NCBI GenBank assembly: GCA_963805625.1
Contig: CAWDVE010000017.1
Coordinates: 160,001-224,000, forward strand
Source of the DNA: an uncultured Candidatus Rokubacteria bacterium
Lineage (GTDB): Bacteria; Methylomirabilota; Methylomirabilia; Rokubacteriales; DASRDR01
Length of the DNA: 64,000 nt
Reading direction: 5' to 3'
In this document: piece by piece, positions 52,445-61,642 of the stretch
How the letters are laid out: every line of letters begins with the position of its first letter
How positions within the stretch are numbered: position 1 is the first letter of the stretch
The notes under the pieces: model-generated
What the model saw: only the letters and a program-made list of their open reading frames with translations
Databases searched by the model: none
Told to the model about the DNA's origin: nothing
Translations under genes and position numbers: made by a program

Positions 52445-53200
52445 GTGCGGACGCCACGGATCGGCCTCACGGCGTCGGTCATGCCGACCAAGCTCGGCAC
52501 TCGCCGGACCTTCCTGAACGAGCCCTATATCGTCGCGATCCAGGAGTCGGGCGGGATCCCGCTGGTAGTGACGCCGGCGCACGGCGGGCCCGCGCTGCGC
52601 GCCCTCTTCGACCTCTTCGACGGGCTCGTGCTCACGGGTGGGGAGGACGTGGCCCCCGAGCGCTACGGCGAGGAGGTCCTCCACCCAAACATCGAGAGCG
52701 TGCCCGAGCGGGACGCGCTCGAGTTCCAGCTCCTCGAGTGGGCGCTGGCCGACGACCTCCCCGTGCTCGCCATTTGCCGGGGGGTACAGGTGCTCAATGT
52801 CGGTCTGGGCGGAACCCTTTACCAGGACCTCGCCACCGACCGACCCGCCCCCCTCGTCCACGACCAGGGCCTCGGCGACTTGCCACGTCCGCGAACCGAG
52901 CCGCACCATCCGGTGACGGTGCGGTCCGGCAGCTGCCTCGCCGACCTCCTCGGCCTGGAGACGGTCGAGGTCAACAGCATGCACCATCAGGGCATCAAGG
53001 GGCTGGCGTCGCCGCTCGTGCCGGTCGCCCACGCGCCGGACGGCCTGGTGGAAGCGGTCGAGGCGGCCGACGCCGCGCGGTGGAGTTTCCTCGTCGGCGT
53101 CCAGTGGCACCCGGAGGAGCTGGCGCGGGCGGGGCACGTGCCCTCCCGCCGGCTCTTCGAGCGCTTCGTCGCGGCCTCCGCGAAGCGCGCTCGCCGCTAG
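52445..53200 (+). CDS. Gamma-glutamyl-gamma-aminobutyrate hydrolase family (peptidase C26, PuuD-like)
   Basis: LTGGEDV.P..YG, AICRG.Q, VNSMHHQ, GVQWHPE. Confidence 0.9.
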   Translation: MRTPRIGLTASVMPTKLGTRRTFLNEPYIVAIQESGGIPLVVTPAHGGPALRALFDLFDGLVLTGGEDVAPERYGEEVLHPNIESVPERDALEFQLLEWALADDLPVLAICRGVQVLNVGLGGTLYQDLATDRPAPLVHDQGLGDLPRPRTEPHHPVTVRSGSCLADLLGLETVEVNSMHHQGIKGLASPLVPVAHAPDGLVEAVEAADAARWSFLVGVQWHPEELARAGHVPSRRLFERFVAASAKRARR

Positions 53201-53220
53201 GCCGGGCGTCAGCGCCCGGC
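53201..53220 (+). terminator. Hairpin directly after the stop codon
   Basis: GCCGGGCG-TCAG-CGCCCGGC perfect 8-bp stem. Confidence 0.5.
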
Positions 53221-53300
53221 TGAAAGATCCTCTTCGGCCGACCGCCGGCACCCCGTATCGTCCGGGACCACCGCCGAGAACAGCGAGGGCCCATCTCGGC

Positions 53301-54105
53301 GGGGTCATCGCCAACACGTCGGTGGGGTCGCTGTTCCTGGCCGGGATCGTCCCCGGGTTCCTCACGGCAGGCGTCCTAATGATCCAGTGCTACTTCTGGG
53401 CGCGGAAGCGGAGCATGCTGCGCCATCCGCGAGCGAGCCTCTGGGAGCTTTGGGCATCGTTCAAGCGCGCCTCGCTGGCCCTGGTCACGCCGGTGATCAT
53501 CATGGGCGGGATCTTCGGGGGAATCTTCACCCCGACCGAGGCCGCGGCGGTGGCCGCGCTGTACTCGCTCGCGCTCGGTCTGTTCATCTACCGGGAGATG
53601 TCCTGGCGCGATCTGCCGCGGATCTTCAAGGAGTCGGTCAGCACCGCGGCGGTCGTCGGTCTCATCGTGGCCGGCGCGAGCCTCTTCGGCTGGGTGCTTG
53701 CCCGGGAGCAGGTACCGCAGAAGGTGGCCGCCGTCTTCCTGACCATCTCCCACGACCCGCTGGTCATCCTGCTGATCATCAATCTCCTGCTCCTCTTCCT
53801 CGGCTGCATCATGGAGGGGCTGGCGATCATGATCCTGCTGGTTGCCGGTCCTCCTGCCCGTGACGCAGGCCGTCGGCATCGACCCCGTCCACTTCGGCGT
53901 GGTCGTGGTCATGAACCTCATGATCGGGATCCTGACGCCGCCGTTCGGCGTCGCCCTCTTCGTCGTGGCGAAGGTGGGCAACATCCCGTTCCACGTCCTC
54001 GCCCGCGCCATCCTTCCGTTCCTGGGGCCGCTCCTCATCGTGCAGGTCATCGTGACGTACTGGCCCGGGCTCATCCTCTTCCTGCCGCGCCTGTTCTTCG
54101 ACTAG
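53301..54105 (+). pseudogene. TRAP transporter large permease (DctM) remnant, 5'-truncated and frameshifted near 53842
   Basis: SVGSLFLAGIVPG, GIFTPTEAAA, GIDPVHFGV, IGILTPPFG; the N-terminal part is absent and no dctP/dctQ is present. Confidence 0.85.
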
Positions 54106-54299
54106 CGCCCGGGTGTCGAGATCGGCGCGGGCGCCCGCGACCGATCGGTTCCAGGGGCGGGCCGCTTGATAGAGGCGAGTGTTCCGCAATCCTCTCAGAG
54201 GCACGCCGGGCTGACGCGCTCGTGGGCGTGGGGCGTGACCGCGCCGCTGTCTTGACAGGTCTCCGAACGGCCCCCGAATATGGCATTGGTGAGCCAACA

Positions 54300-55727
54300 G
54301 TGAGAGACGCAGCAAGGGCGGAGCCGTGGGCGCGGCCCGCCGCGCGGCTGGCGGAGGCGATCGCTCGCAGGGAGTTGTCGCCGGTCGAAGTCGTCGAGGC
54401 CGTCCTCGCGCGGATCGAGCGCCTGGACGGGCGCCTGACCGCCTTCGCCACGGTGACCGCGGAGCTCGCGCGCGCCGAGGCGCGCCGGGCCGAGGACGCG
54501 GTGATGCGCGGCGCCCCGCTCGGGCGCCTCCACGGCGTGCCCTTCTCGGTCAAGGACACGCTCGACACGGCGGGCGTCCGGACCACGATGGGCGCCGTGC
54601 GCTTCGCCGACCGGGTGCCCGCCGAGGACGCCGTCGTGGTCGCGCGGCTCCGGGCCGCCGGCGCGATCCTCGTCGGCAAGACGACGACCCCCGAGTTCGC
54701 CCACAAGGGCGTGACCGACAGCGCGCTCTTCGGTGTCACGCGGAACCCCTGGGCGCTCGATCACACGTGCGGCGGGTCGAGCGGGGGCGCGGCGGTGGCC
54801 GCGGCCACCGGGATGGGGCCGTTCGCGGTGGGCACCGACGAGGGCGGTTCGATCCGCATCCCGGCGAGCTACTGCGGGGTGGTCGGCCTCAAGCCGACGT
54901 TCGGGCTGGTCCCGCGCGTCCCGGTAGGCGTCGCGGAGCTGCTCACGCACCTCGGGCCGCTCTGCCGCACGGTCGAGGACGCCGCGCTGTTCCTCTCGGT
55001 CACAGCCGGTCGCGACGACCGCGATGGCTGGTCCCTACCGGTCGAGCCGACGGACTACACGCGCGCGCTCGCCCGGTCGCCGGCGCGCCTGCGCGTTGCC
55101 TGGAGCCCGCGGCTAGGCTATGCCCCCACCGATCCCGACGTGGTGCGGGTGACCGGCGCCGCCGTGCGCGGGCTCGCCGCGCTCGGCTGGACCGTGGAGG
55201 AGACGGATCCGGGCTTCGACGATCCTGCCGACGTGGCGGACGCCTTCCGGTATCCGGGCCTCGCCGCTGCTCTCGGCGACGACCTGGAGCGCGAGCGCGG
55301 CCGCATGGACCCGGGTCTCGTCGCGCTCGTCGAGGCCGGCCAACGGATGACCGCGGAGCAGGTTGCCCGCGCGGCCGTCCGCCGCCACACGCTCTGGGCG
55401 CGGCTCGATCGTTTCTTCGAGGGCCACGACGTCCTGGCGACCCCCGCGGTGGCGGTCCCACCGTTCCGGATCGGCCAGGCGCCGCCGCGTGAGATTGACG
55501 GCCGACCTGTCGGCGCCCGGGGTTGGATCGCGTTCACGTATCCCTTCAACGTGGCCGGCCTGCCGGCGATCGTTCTCCCGGCCGGCCGGACGGCCGCCGG
55601 GTTGCCGGTAGGACTCCAGTTCGTGGGACGGCGGCTCGACGATGCGCGGCTCCTCGCCGCCGCGTCCGCGTTCGAAGCGGCCGCCCCGTGGGCCGATCGC
55701 TGGCCACCGGCCGCCATGAAACCATGA
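54300..55727 (+). CDS. Amidase signature family enzyme
   Basis: LHGVPFSVKD, GKTTTPEF, GGSSGG, GTDEGGSIRIPA, FTYPFN..GLPA. Confidence 0.92.
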   Translation: MRDAARAEPWARPAARLAEAIARRELSPVEVVEAVLARIERLDGRLTAFATVTAELARAEARRAEDAVMRGAPLGRLHGVPFSVKDTLDTAGVRTTMGAVRFADRVPAEDAVVVARLRAAGAILVGKTTTPEFAHKGVTDSALFGVTRNPWALDHTCGGSSGGAAVAAATGMGPFAVGTDEGGSIRIPASYCGVVGLKPTFGLVPRVPVGVAELLTHLGPLCRTVEDAALFLSVTAGRDDRDGWSLPVEPTDYTRALARSPARLRVAWSPRLGYAPTDPDVVRVTGAAVRGLAALGWTVEETDPGFDDPADVADAFRYPGLAAALGDDLERERGRMDPGLVALVEAGQRMTAEQVARAAVRRHTLWARLDRFFEGHDVLATPAVAVPPFRIGQAPPREIDGRPVGARGWIAFTYPFNVAGLPAIVLPAGRTAAGLPVGLQFVGRRLDDARLLAAASAFEAAAPWADRWPPAAMKP

Positions 55728-55728
55728 G

Positions 55729-57079
55729 GGGCCAGGTGCCACACCATCTCGGTCGGAGAAGAGACGACTCGAGGGAAGGTGCCACCGCATCTCGGTCACT
55801 CGTGGAAGGGCTTGTGGGGAAAGACATAGGGCGCCTCACGCAAGAGAGGCTGCTGATCCGGCGCTCGACGCCGCAGGGCGTAGAAGCGGAGCATCCCGGC
55901 GGTGAGATCCAGCTCGCATCGCACCAGGCGGTGGGGCCAATGGGGCGCGACCTCCAGGGTGCGATTGAGCAGGCGCACCGTCCCCGCGTCCGAAGTGCGT
56001 CGCAGGAACAAGACCTCACCCTGCAGGCGGGCTTGCAGATCGGCCTGCCAGGCGACGGGGAACGGGCGGCGCGGCGGGGCGGCCTCGATCCGCGCGGCCG
56101 CCCGCTGATGGTAGGCGCGGATGTACCGGTCGGAGCGCTCCTGCAGGGCGGCCAGCGATTCGTGATGGAATCGGGTCCAGACCTTGGCCTGCCAGCGGCC
56201 GTTGAAGTTCTCGATGGCGGCTTGGAAGCCACTTTCCTGGGGTGGGGCGAAGACCGGGCGGACGCCCAGGCGCAGGCACGTGCGGACGACGCGACCCAGC
56301 GCATCGGGCCAGCGGTGCGTCCCGGTGAAGATGCTGTCATTGTCAAATTGGGCGTATGCCGGCAGGCCCCATGTGCGCCAGTGCGCGACGAGCGCCGCCA
56401 CCGCGGTGCTCGCCGTCACGAGCGGCTGCGGCCAGGCCCCGGGCAATCCCCCATACAAGGACACGACGGTCAGGACCTCCAGCTGCAGCCCCCCGGTGAG
56501 CGCCAAGCCCTCTACAATGTCGAAGCTGTCGAGCTCCCCCCGTCCCGGGGTGCCCGGGAGGTACCAGCCGGGGCGGGGCGGGGGCCGACGCAGCCGGCGA
56601 ACACGATCCAGGACCCCCCGGCGGTACAGAATCCGGCCGATGGTGCGCACGGACGGCACGGCCGTCGCCGGCCGACGCGCCGCGAAGGCGCGGTGGATGG
56701 CCCGGGCGCCATACTCGCCCAGATCGCTGGTCGTCCTCAGGTCGTGCCGCAAGGTCATCACCAGCTGCTCCACCGCCTCGGGGATCCGGTGGATGCGCTT
56801 GGCCACCCGTGGCTGATCGCTCCAGTCCACGTCGTCCAGGGCCTGCGCCCCGGCCCGGCGGTGCCACCACTGCACCGTGGACAGGCTCACTCCATGGGCG
56901 CGCGCCACCGCCCGCATAGAGGCCCCGGCCCGGACCTTCGCCACCAGCGTTCGCCGCGTCGCCTCTCGTCGCCGCCCCTTTTCGCCATGGCTCCCCCTCG
57001 CTCACAGGCTTTACTCCAGTATCACCGTGACCGAGATGCGCTGGCACCTAACCGACCGAGATGGTGTGGCACCTGGCCC
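55729..57079 (-). mobile_element. Complete insertion sequence with 28-bp perfect TIRs, internal 21-bp repeats and an ATGAG target duplication
   Basis: GGGCCAGGTGCCACACCATCTCGGTCGG at 55729-55756 and its reverse complement at 57052-57079; ATGAG at 55724-55728 and 57080-57084. Confidence 0.93.
55796..56944 (-). CDS. DDE (integrase-core, IS481/ISNCY-like) transposase
   Basis: N-terminal HTH (SMRAVARAHGVSLSTVQWW), PSVRTIGRIL, likely catalytic D (SFD), D (QFDN) and E (AIENFN). The RBS-preceded ATG at 56988 is out of frame. Confidence 0.88.
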   Translation of the reverse strand: MAKVRAGASMRAVARAHGVSLSTVQWWHRRAGAQALDDVDWSDQPRVAKRIHRIPEAVEQLVMTLRHDLRTTSDLGEYGARAIHRAFAARRPATAVPSVRTIGRILYRRGVLDRVRRLRRPPPRPGWYLPGTPGRGELDSFDIVEGLALTGGLQLEVLTVVSLYGGLPGAWPQPLVTASTAVAALVAHWRTWGLPAYAQFDNDSIFTGTHRWPDALGRVVRTCLRLGVRPVFAPPQESGFQAAIENFNGRWQAKVWTRFHHESLAALQERSDRYIRAYHQRAAARIEAAPPRRPFPVAWQADLQARLQGEVLFLRRTSDAGTVRLLNRTLEVAPHWPHRLVRCELDLTAGMLRFYALRRRAPDQQPLLREAPYVFPHKPFHE

Positions 57080-57092
57080 ATGAGGTCCTGAC

Positions 57093-58826
57093 ATGGCGTT
57101 CCGCCCCACGCTCCTCGCCCGCGACTGGCTCATCACGACCGAGCACTACCTCTCCGCCGAGGCCGGCGCCGGTGTCCTCCGAGACGGCGGCAACGCCATG
57201 GACGCGGCTGTCGCCGCGGTCCTCGCTGAGTGCGTCCTGAACCCGCACATGCTGAGCCTGGGCGGCGAGGTCGTCATGCTCGTCCACGAGGCCGCGACGG
57301 GACGCGTCACCGCGATGAACGGCCACACGGTCGCGCCCCGCGGGCTCACCCTCGATCGCTGCCGGGCCGCCGGCTTGACCATCGGGCTGCCGACCGACCA
57401 CCCGCTGGCCTGGAGCGCTCCGGCCACGCCCCATGCGCTCCTGACGGCGCTCGAGCGCTGGGGCACGCGCCCGCTGGCCCCGGTCGCCGCGGCGGCGCAG
57501 GATCTGGCGCGCCGCGGCTTTCCGATGCACCCGGGGCTTCGCGGCCCGAGTGAGCACCTGTCCATCACCACCTACCTCGACCGCCTCCGCGGCTGGCCGA
57601 CGTCCGCCGCGCTCTACCTGCCCGGCGGCCACCCGCCGGAGGTCGGGGCGCTCTTCGCGAACCCGGCCCTGGCCGACACGCTGGATCTCCTCGTCGACTC
57701 CGAGCGACGGGCCGGCGGCGATCGGGCGGCCGGCCTCGCCGCCGCACGCGACGCCTTCTACCGCGGCGAGCCGGCGGGCGTCATCGAGCGCTTCACGCGG
57801 GACCACGGCGGCGTCCTCGACAAGGCGGACGTCGCGGCGTACGCGTCGCGAGCCGAGCCCGCGGTCAGCCGGGACTACGCCGGGCTCACCGTCTGGAAGT
57901 GCCCGACCTGGACCAACGGGCCCCTCTTCCTCCAGGCCCTCGCCCTCCTGGACCCGGCCGCCCTCCGCGCCGCCGGCCACAATTCGGCCGACTATCTCCA
58001 CTGGGTAATCGAGGCCCTCAAGCTCGCCTTCGCCGACCGCGAGCAGTACTACGGCGACCCGCGCTGCGTGAACGTCCCGCTCGACGCGCTGCTCTCCGAG
58101 GCGTACGCGGCTGGACGGCGCGCGCTGATCGACCCGGAGCGGGCGTCGCTGGACCTCCGCCCGGGCGACCCTCGTCGGCTCCGGCCGCTGCTCGAGGGCC
58201 CGTTGCCGGTCCCCGGGCCGCCGGGCCACGGCACGATCCACGTCAACGTGGTGGACCGCCAGCGCAACATGGTGAGCGCCACCGCGAGCGGCGCGTGGCT
58301 CAGCGCTTCCCCGGTCGTGCCGGCGCTGGGCTTCCCGATCTCGTCCCGGTGCCAGACGTTCGCTCTCGATCCGGCGCATGCGAACGCGGTCGCGCCGGGC
58401 AAGCAGCCGCGCACCACGCTTACACCCACGCTCGTGACCGCGGGCGGGCGCCCGCGGATGGTGCTGGGGACGATGGGCGGCGACAACCAGGATCAGTGGA
58501 ACCTCCAGGCGTTCCTGAGCCTCGCGGTTTTCGGCATGCCGGTCCAGGACGCGCTGGAGGCGCCGCGGGTCTCGACCCAGCACGTGCCCAACACCTTCTA
58601 TCCCCACGGGGCCCAGCCCGGCCACGTGCGGATCGAGGGCCGCGTCCCCTACGTGGTGCGGCGGGACCTTCAGGCCCGCGGCCACCGGCTCGAGCTTCGG
58701 CCCGACTGGGTGGAGGGCTACGTGCTGGCCATCGTGGTGGACGAGGCGCGGGGCTGCCTCATGGGCGGCGCCGACCCGCGCGGAGAGGTCGCGACGATCA
58801 TCCCGGCGTACGCCATCGGCTGGTAA
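57093..58826 (+). CDS. ggt: Gamma-glutamyltransferase family protein
   Basis: GGNAMDAA, KLAFADREQYYGDP, GTIH.NVVD..N, PGKQPRTTLTP, GTMGGDNQDQ, ADPRG. Confidence 0.9.
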   Translation: MAFRPTLLARDWLITTEHYLSAEAGAGVLRDGGNAMDAAVAAVLAECVLNPHMLSLGGEVVMLVHEAATGRVTAMNGHTVAPRGLTLDRCRAAGLTIGLPTDHPLAWSAPATPHALLTALERWGTRPLAPVAAAAQDLARRGFPMHPGLRGPSEHLSITTYLDRLRGWPTSAALYLPGGHPPEVGALFANPALADTLDLLVDSERRAGGDRAAGLAAARDAFYRGEPAGVIERFTRDHGGVLDKADVAAYASRAEPAVSRDYAGLTVWKCPTWTNGPLFLQALALLDPAALRAAGHNSADYLHWVIEALKLAFADREQYYGDPRCVNVPLDALLSEAYAAGRRALIDPERASLDLRPGDPRRLRPLLEGPLPVPGPPGHGTIHVNVVDRQRNMVSATASGAWLSASPVVPALGFPISSRCQTFALDPAHANAVAPGKQPRTTLTPTLVTAGGRPRMVLGTMGGDNQDQWNLQAFLSLAVFGMPVQDALEAPRVSTQHVPNTFYPHGAQPGHVRIEGRVPYVVRRDLQARGHRLELRPDWVEGYVLAIVVDEARGCLMGGADPRGEVATIIPAYAIGW

Positions 58827-58887
58827 CGGCCGGCCGGCGCCGACGCCGGCGCCCACCCTGGACCCAGCGCAGACAAGGAGGTCTGAC

Positions 58888-60513
58888 GTGAGATCCACGA
58901 TGTCCTCGCACGCGTCCCGCTCCGGACGGACCCGCAGGGTCGCGCTCGGCCTCGTCCTACTCGGCCTGCTCGCCGGATCGCTCCTCCCGATCGCCGGGCC
59001 GGTCCCGGCCTTCGCCCAGGAGCCTCCGACCCGAGGCGGGCGTGTCCTCGACTCCCTGATCTCGGAGCCCGACAGCCTCGACCCCGCGCGGGCGAACCTC
59101 CTCGTCTCGCAGTACGTGCTGGGGCTGCTCTACGACCGCCTCGTCTACATCGACCAGACCGGCCGGCCGCGGCCGTGGCTCGCCGAGTCGTGGTCGGTCG
59201 ACAAGGACGGCCGGGAGGTCACCTTCGTCATCCGCAAGGGGGTCACGTTCACCGACGGGACGCCGCTGGACGCCGAGGCCGTGCGCTACTCACTGGACCG
59301 CTACCTCAAGATCTCGAAGCGGAACGCCGACCTCGGCCCCGTCCAGAAGATCGAGGTCGTCGGGGGCGGCGGCAGCGTGCGGCTCACGTTCGAGCGGCCG
59401 TTCGCGGCGCTCTTCACCGCGCTCGACTTCTCGTACCTCGGCATCGTCTCGAAGAGCGCGGTAGAGAAGACCGGTGAGGAGTTCGGGAGGCGGCCGGTCG
59501 GCACCGGCCCCTACACCCTGAAGGACTGGAAGGCCGGGAGCACGCTCCTCTTCGCGCGGAACGCGGGCTACCGGAACCTCCGCGCCGACGTCGAGAACAA
59601 AGGCGCGCCGTACCCCGACGAGTGGCAGATCTCCATCGTGAAGGAGGAGGGGACGCGGATGGCGGCCCTCGAGACCGGCCAGCTCCACATGTCGTGGGCA
59701 CCGTTCGAGGAGGTCCCGCGGATCCAGAAGGATGCACGGCTGCAGCTATTCCGCCGCCCGAAGGGCGTCTCCTACATCTTCCTGGAGTTCAACACCAAGA
59801 AGCCGCCCTTCGACAAGCTTGCGCTCCGGAGGGCGATCGCCTACTCCGTGGATTCGAAGGAAGTCCTCGACGCGTCGTACCTCTACGGCACGGTCATCCA
59901 GGCTCCGCTCCCGCTCGGCGTCCCGGGCTTTTCCGCCGAGGTCGGCCGCCAGTACGGCTACCGGCGCGACGAGGCGAAGGCCGCGGCCCTCTTCAAGGAA
60001 GCCGGCTTCGCGAAGGGTGCCGACGGCAAGCTCCGCGACGGTGCCGGCAAGCCGGTCCGGATCACGCTCACGACCTGGGTGGCGCCCCAGATCTCGCGGG
60101 CGGCCCAGGTCATCCAGGCCCAGCTCCAGGCGGCCGGGGTGGAGTGCGAGCTGACCCAGACCGACGCGGGCGCGTTCCTGGCCAAGCTGCCCGAGGGCAA
60201 GCACGACTTCGACCTGATGCGGATGACCTTCCCGGACCCGAACGGGCTGAGCCGCCTGGTGAAGAGCCCCGGCCGGTGGAACCACTACGGCAACCCGAAG
60301 CTCGACCCGCTCCTGGACCAGGCGGACGCGGCGATGGATCCCGACCGACGGATGGCCTTGCTGCAGGAAGTCCAGAAGCTCGTGCTGGAGGACGCGGCGA
60401 TCATCCCGCTCTTCAGCGACGACTTCATGATCGCCGCGCGCAGCGAGGTGCGGGGCTACAAGTACGATGGGACCGGGACGCCGATGTACTACGACGTCTG
60501 GCTCAAGCGCTGA
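58888..60513 (+). CDS. ABC transporter substrate-binding protein, family 5 (peptide/nickel)
   Basis: Signal peptide, EPDSLDP, PWLAESW, F.DGTPLDAEAV..S, PVGTGPY. Confidence 0.92.
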   Translation: MRSTMSSHASRSGRTRRVALGLVLLGLLAGSLLPIAGPVPAFAQEPPTRGGRVLDSLISEPDSLDPARANLLVSQYVLGLLYDRLVYIDQTGRPRPWLAESWSVDKDGREVTFVIRKGVTFTDGTPLDAEAVRYSLDRYLKISKRNADLGPVQKIEVVGGGGSVRLTFERPFAALFTALDFSYLGIVSKSAVEKTGEEFGRRPVGTGPYTLKDWKAGSTLLFARNAGYRNLRADVENKGAPYPDEWQISIVKEEGTRMAALETGQLHMSWAPFEEVPRIQKDARLQLFRRPKGVSYIFLEFNTKKPPFDKLALRRAIAYSVDSKEVLDASYLYGTVIQAPLPLGVPGFSAEVGRQYGYRRDEAKAAALFKEAGFAKGADGKLRDGAGKPVRITLTTWVAPQISRAAQVIQAQLQAAGVECELTQTDAGAFLAKLPEGKHDFDLMRMTFPDPNGLSRLVKSPGRWNHYGNPKLDPLLDQADAAMDPDRRMALLQEVQKLVLEDAAIIPLFSDDFMIAARSEVRGYKYDGTGTPMYYDVWLKR

Positions 60514-60633
60514 GGCGGCGCGCGGCGAGTCGTTGCGGGAGCCCGGGCCGGGTGGGCCGTCGCGGGATGACGCGCCTCACGGACCGCGCGGCGGCCGTCC
60601 GCGCGGCCGTCGGGTAGGGCGTCTCCGGGCGCC

Positions 60634-61557
60634 ATGGGGCCGTTCGTCGTCCGCCGGCTCCTGACCGTCGTCGCGATCATCCCCGTCATCACGCTCCTCG
60701 TCTTTCTGATGCGGGTCCTGGTCCCGGGCGATCCGGTCGAGATCATGTTCATGGGCCAGTCGACCGACCGCGCGACGATCGAGCGCGTGCGGCGGGAGCT
60801 CGGCTGGGACCGCCCGCTGAGCGTCCAGTATGCGGAGTACGTCGGCCAGCTCGCCCGGGGGGACCTCGGCCGGTCGATCCAGAACAACCGGCCCGTCGCC
60901 GAGGACCTCCGCGCGCGCTACCCGCTGACGCTTCTCCTCGCGGTCGCCAGCCTGGTGCTGGCCACGACCCTCGGGCTCGGGCTCGGGGTGGTGGCGGCGC
61001 TTCAGCGCGAGCGGCTCCTCGACGCGGTGGCGACGGCGCTGGCCGTCGTCGGGATCTCGATGCCACCGTTCTGGCTGGGGCTGCTCCTCATCAGCCTGGT
61101 CAGCGTCCGGTGGGGGTTGTTGCCGGTCATGGGCGCCGACTCCTGGCGTCATCTGGTCCTGCCGGCCGTCACGCTGGGCGTCCTGTCGGCGGCCGCCATC
61201 GCCCGCCTCGTCCGCTCGAGCCTCCTCGAGACGCTCGGGCAGGACTTCATCCGCACCGCGTGGGCCAAGGGACTGCCCGGCCACCTCGTCGTTGCCAAGC
61301 ACGCCCTCCGCGCGGCGCTGAGCCCGGTGCTCTCCGTGATCGGGCTTCAGTTCGGGTTCATGCTGTCGGGTGCCTTCATCGTCGAGGTGGTCTTCGCATG
61401 GCACGGGGTGGGGGAGCTCGCTGTGATCGCGATTCAGACGCGCGACTTCCCGCTGATCCAGGGCGTGGTCGTGACCGTCGCGGTCACCTACGTCGTGATC
61501 AACGCGGCGGTCGATCTCCTGAGCGGGTGGTTCGACCCGCGGGCAGCCTCTGGATGA
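60634..61557 (+). CDS. Peptide ABC transporter permease (DppB/OppB-like)
   Basis: PGDP, GDLG.S, HLVLPA.TL, DFIRTAWAKGL, RDFPLIQG. Confidence 0.92.
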   Translation: MGPFVVRRLLTVVAIIPVITLLVFLMRVLVPGDPVEIMFMGQSTDRATIERVRRELGWDRPLSVQYAEYVGQLARGDLGRSIQNNRPVAEDLRARYPLTLLLAVASLVLATTLGLGLGVVAALQRERLLDAVATALAVVGISMPPFWLGLLLISLVSVRWGLLPVMGADSWRHLVLPAVTLGVLSAAAIARLVRSSLLETLGQDFIRTAWAKGLPGHLVVAKHALRAALSPVLSVIGLQFGFMLSGAFIVEVVFAWHGVGELAVIAIQTRDFPLIQGVVVTVAVTYVVINAAVDLLSGWFDPRAASG

Positions 61558-61642
61558 GCCCACAGGCCGCCACAGGCCAAAGGCCGTTCGATCTAATCCG
61601 TCCGATAGACTTTCGCAGAGCCAGGGCAACCCAGTGAGCGAG
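61555..61642 (+). repeat. Dispersed ~80-bp miniature element, copy 2, flanked by TGAGC direct repeats
   Basis: Aligns with 49694-49780; TGAGC at 61555-61559 and 61635-61639. Confidence 0.75.

Noticed and set aside
53322-55727. 801-aa ORF suggesting a DctM-amidase fusion
   Set aside because: It arises from the frameshift near 53842. The DctM C-terminus continues in another frame to TAG at 54105, and the amidase starts separately near 54300.
55729-55800. Repeat-spacer-repeat pattern resembling a mini CRISPR array
   Set aside because: Only two units, mirrored in inverted form at 57029-57079 around a transposase, and no cas genes; these are IS end repeats.
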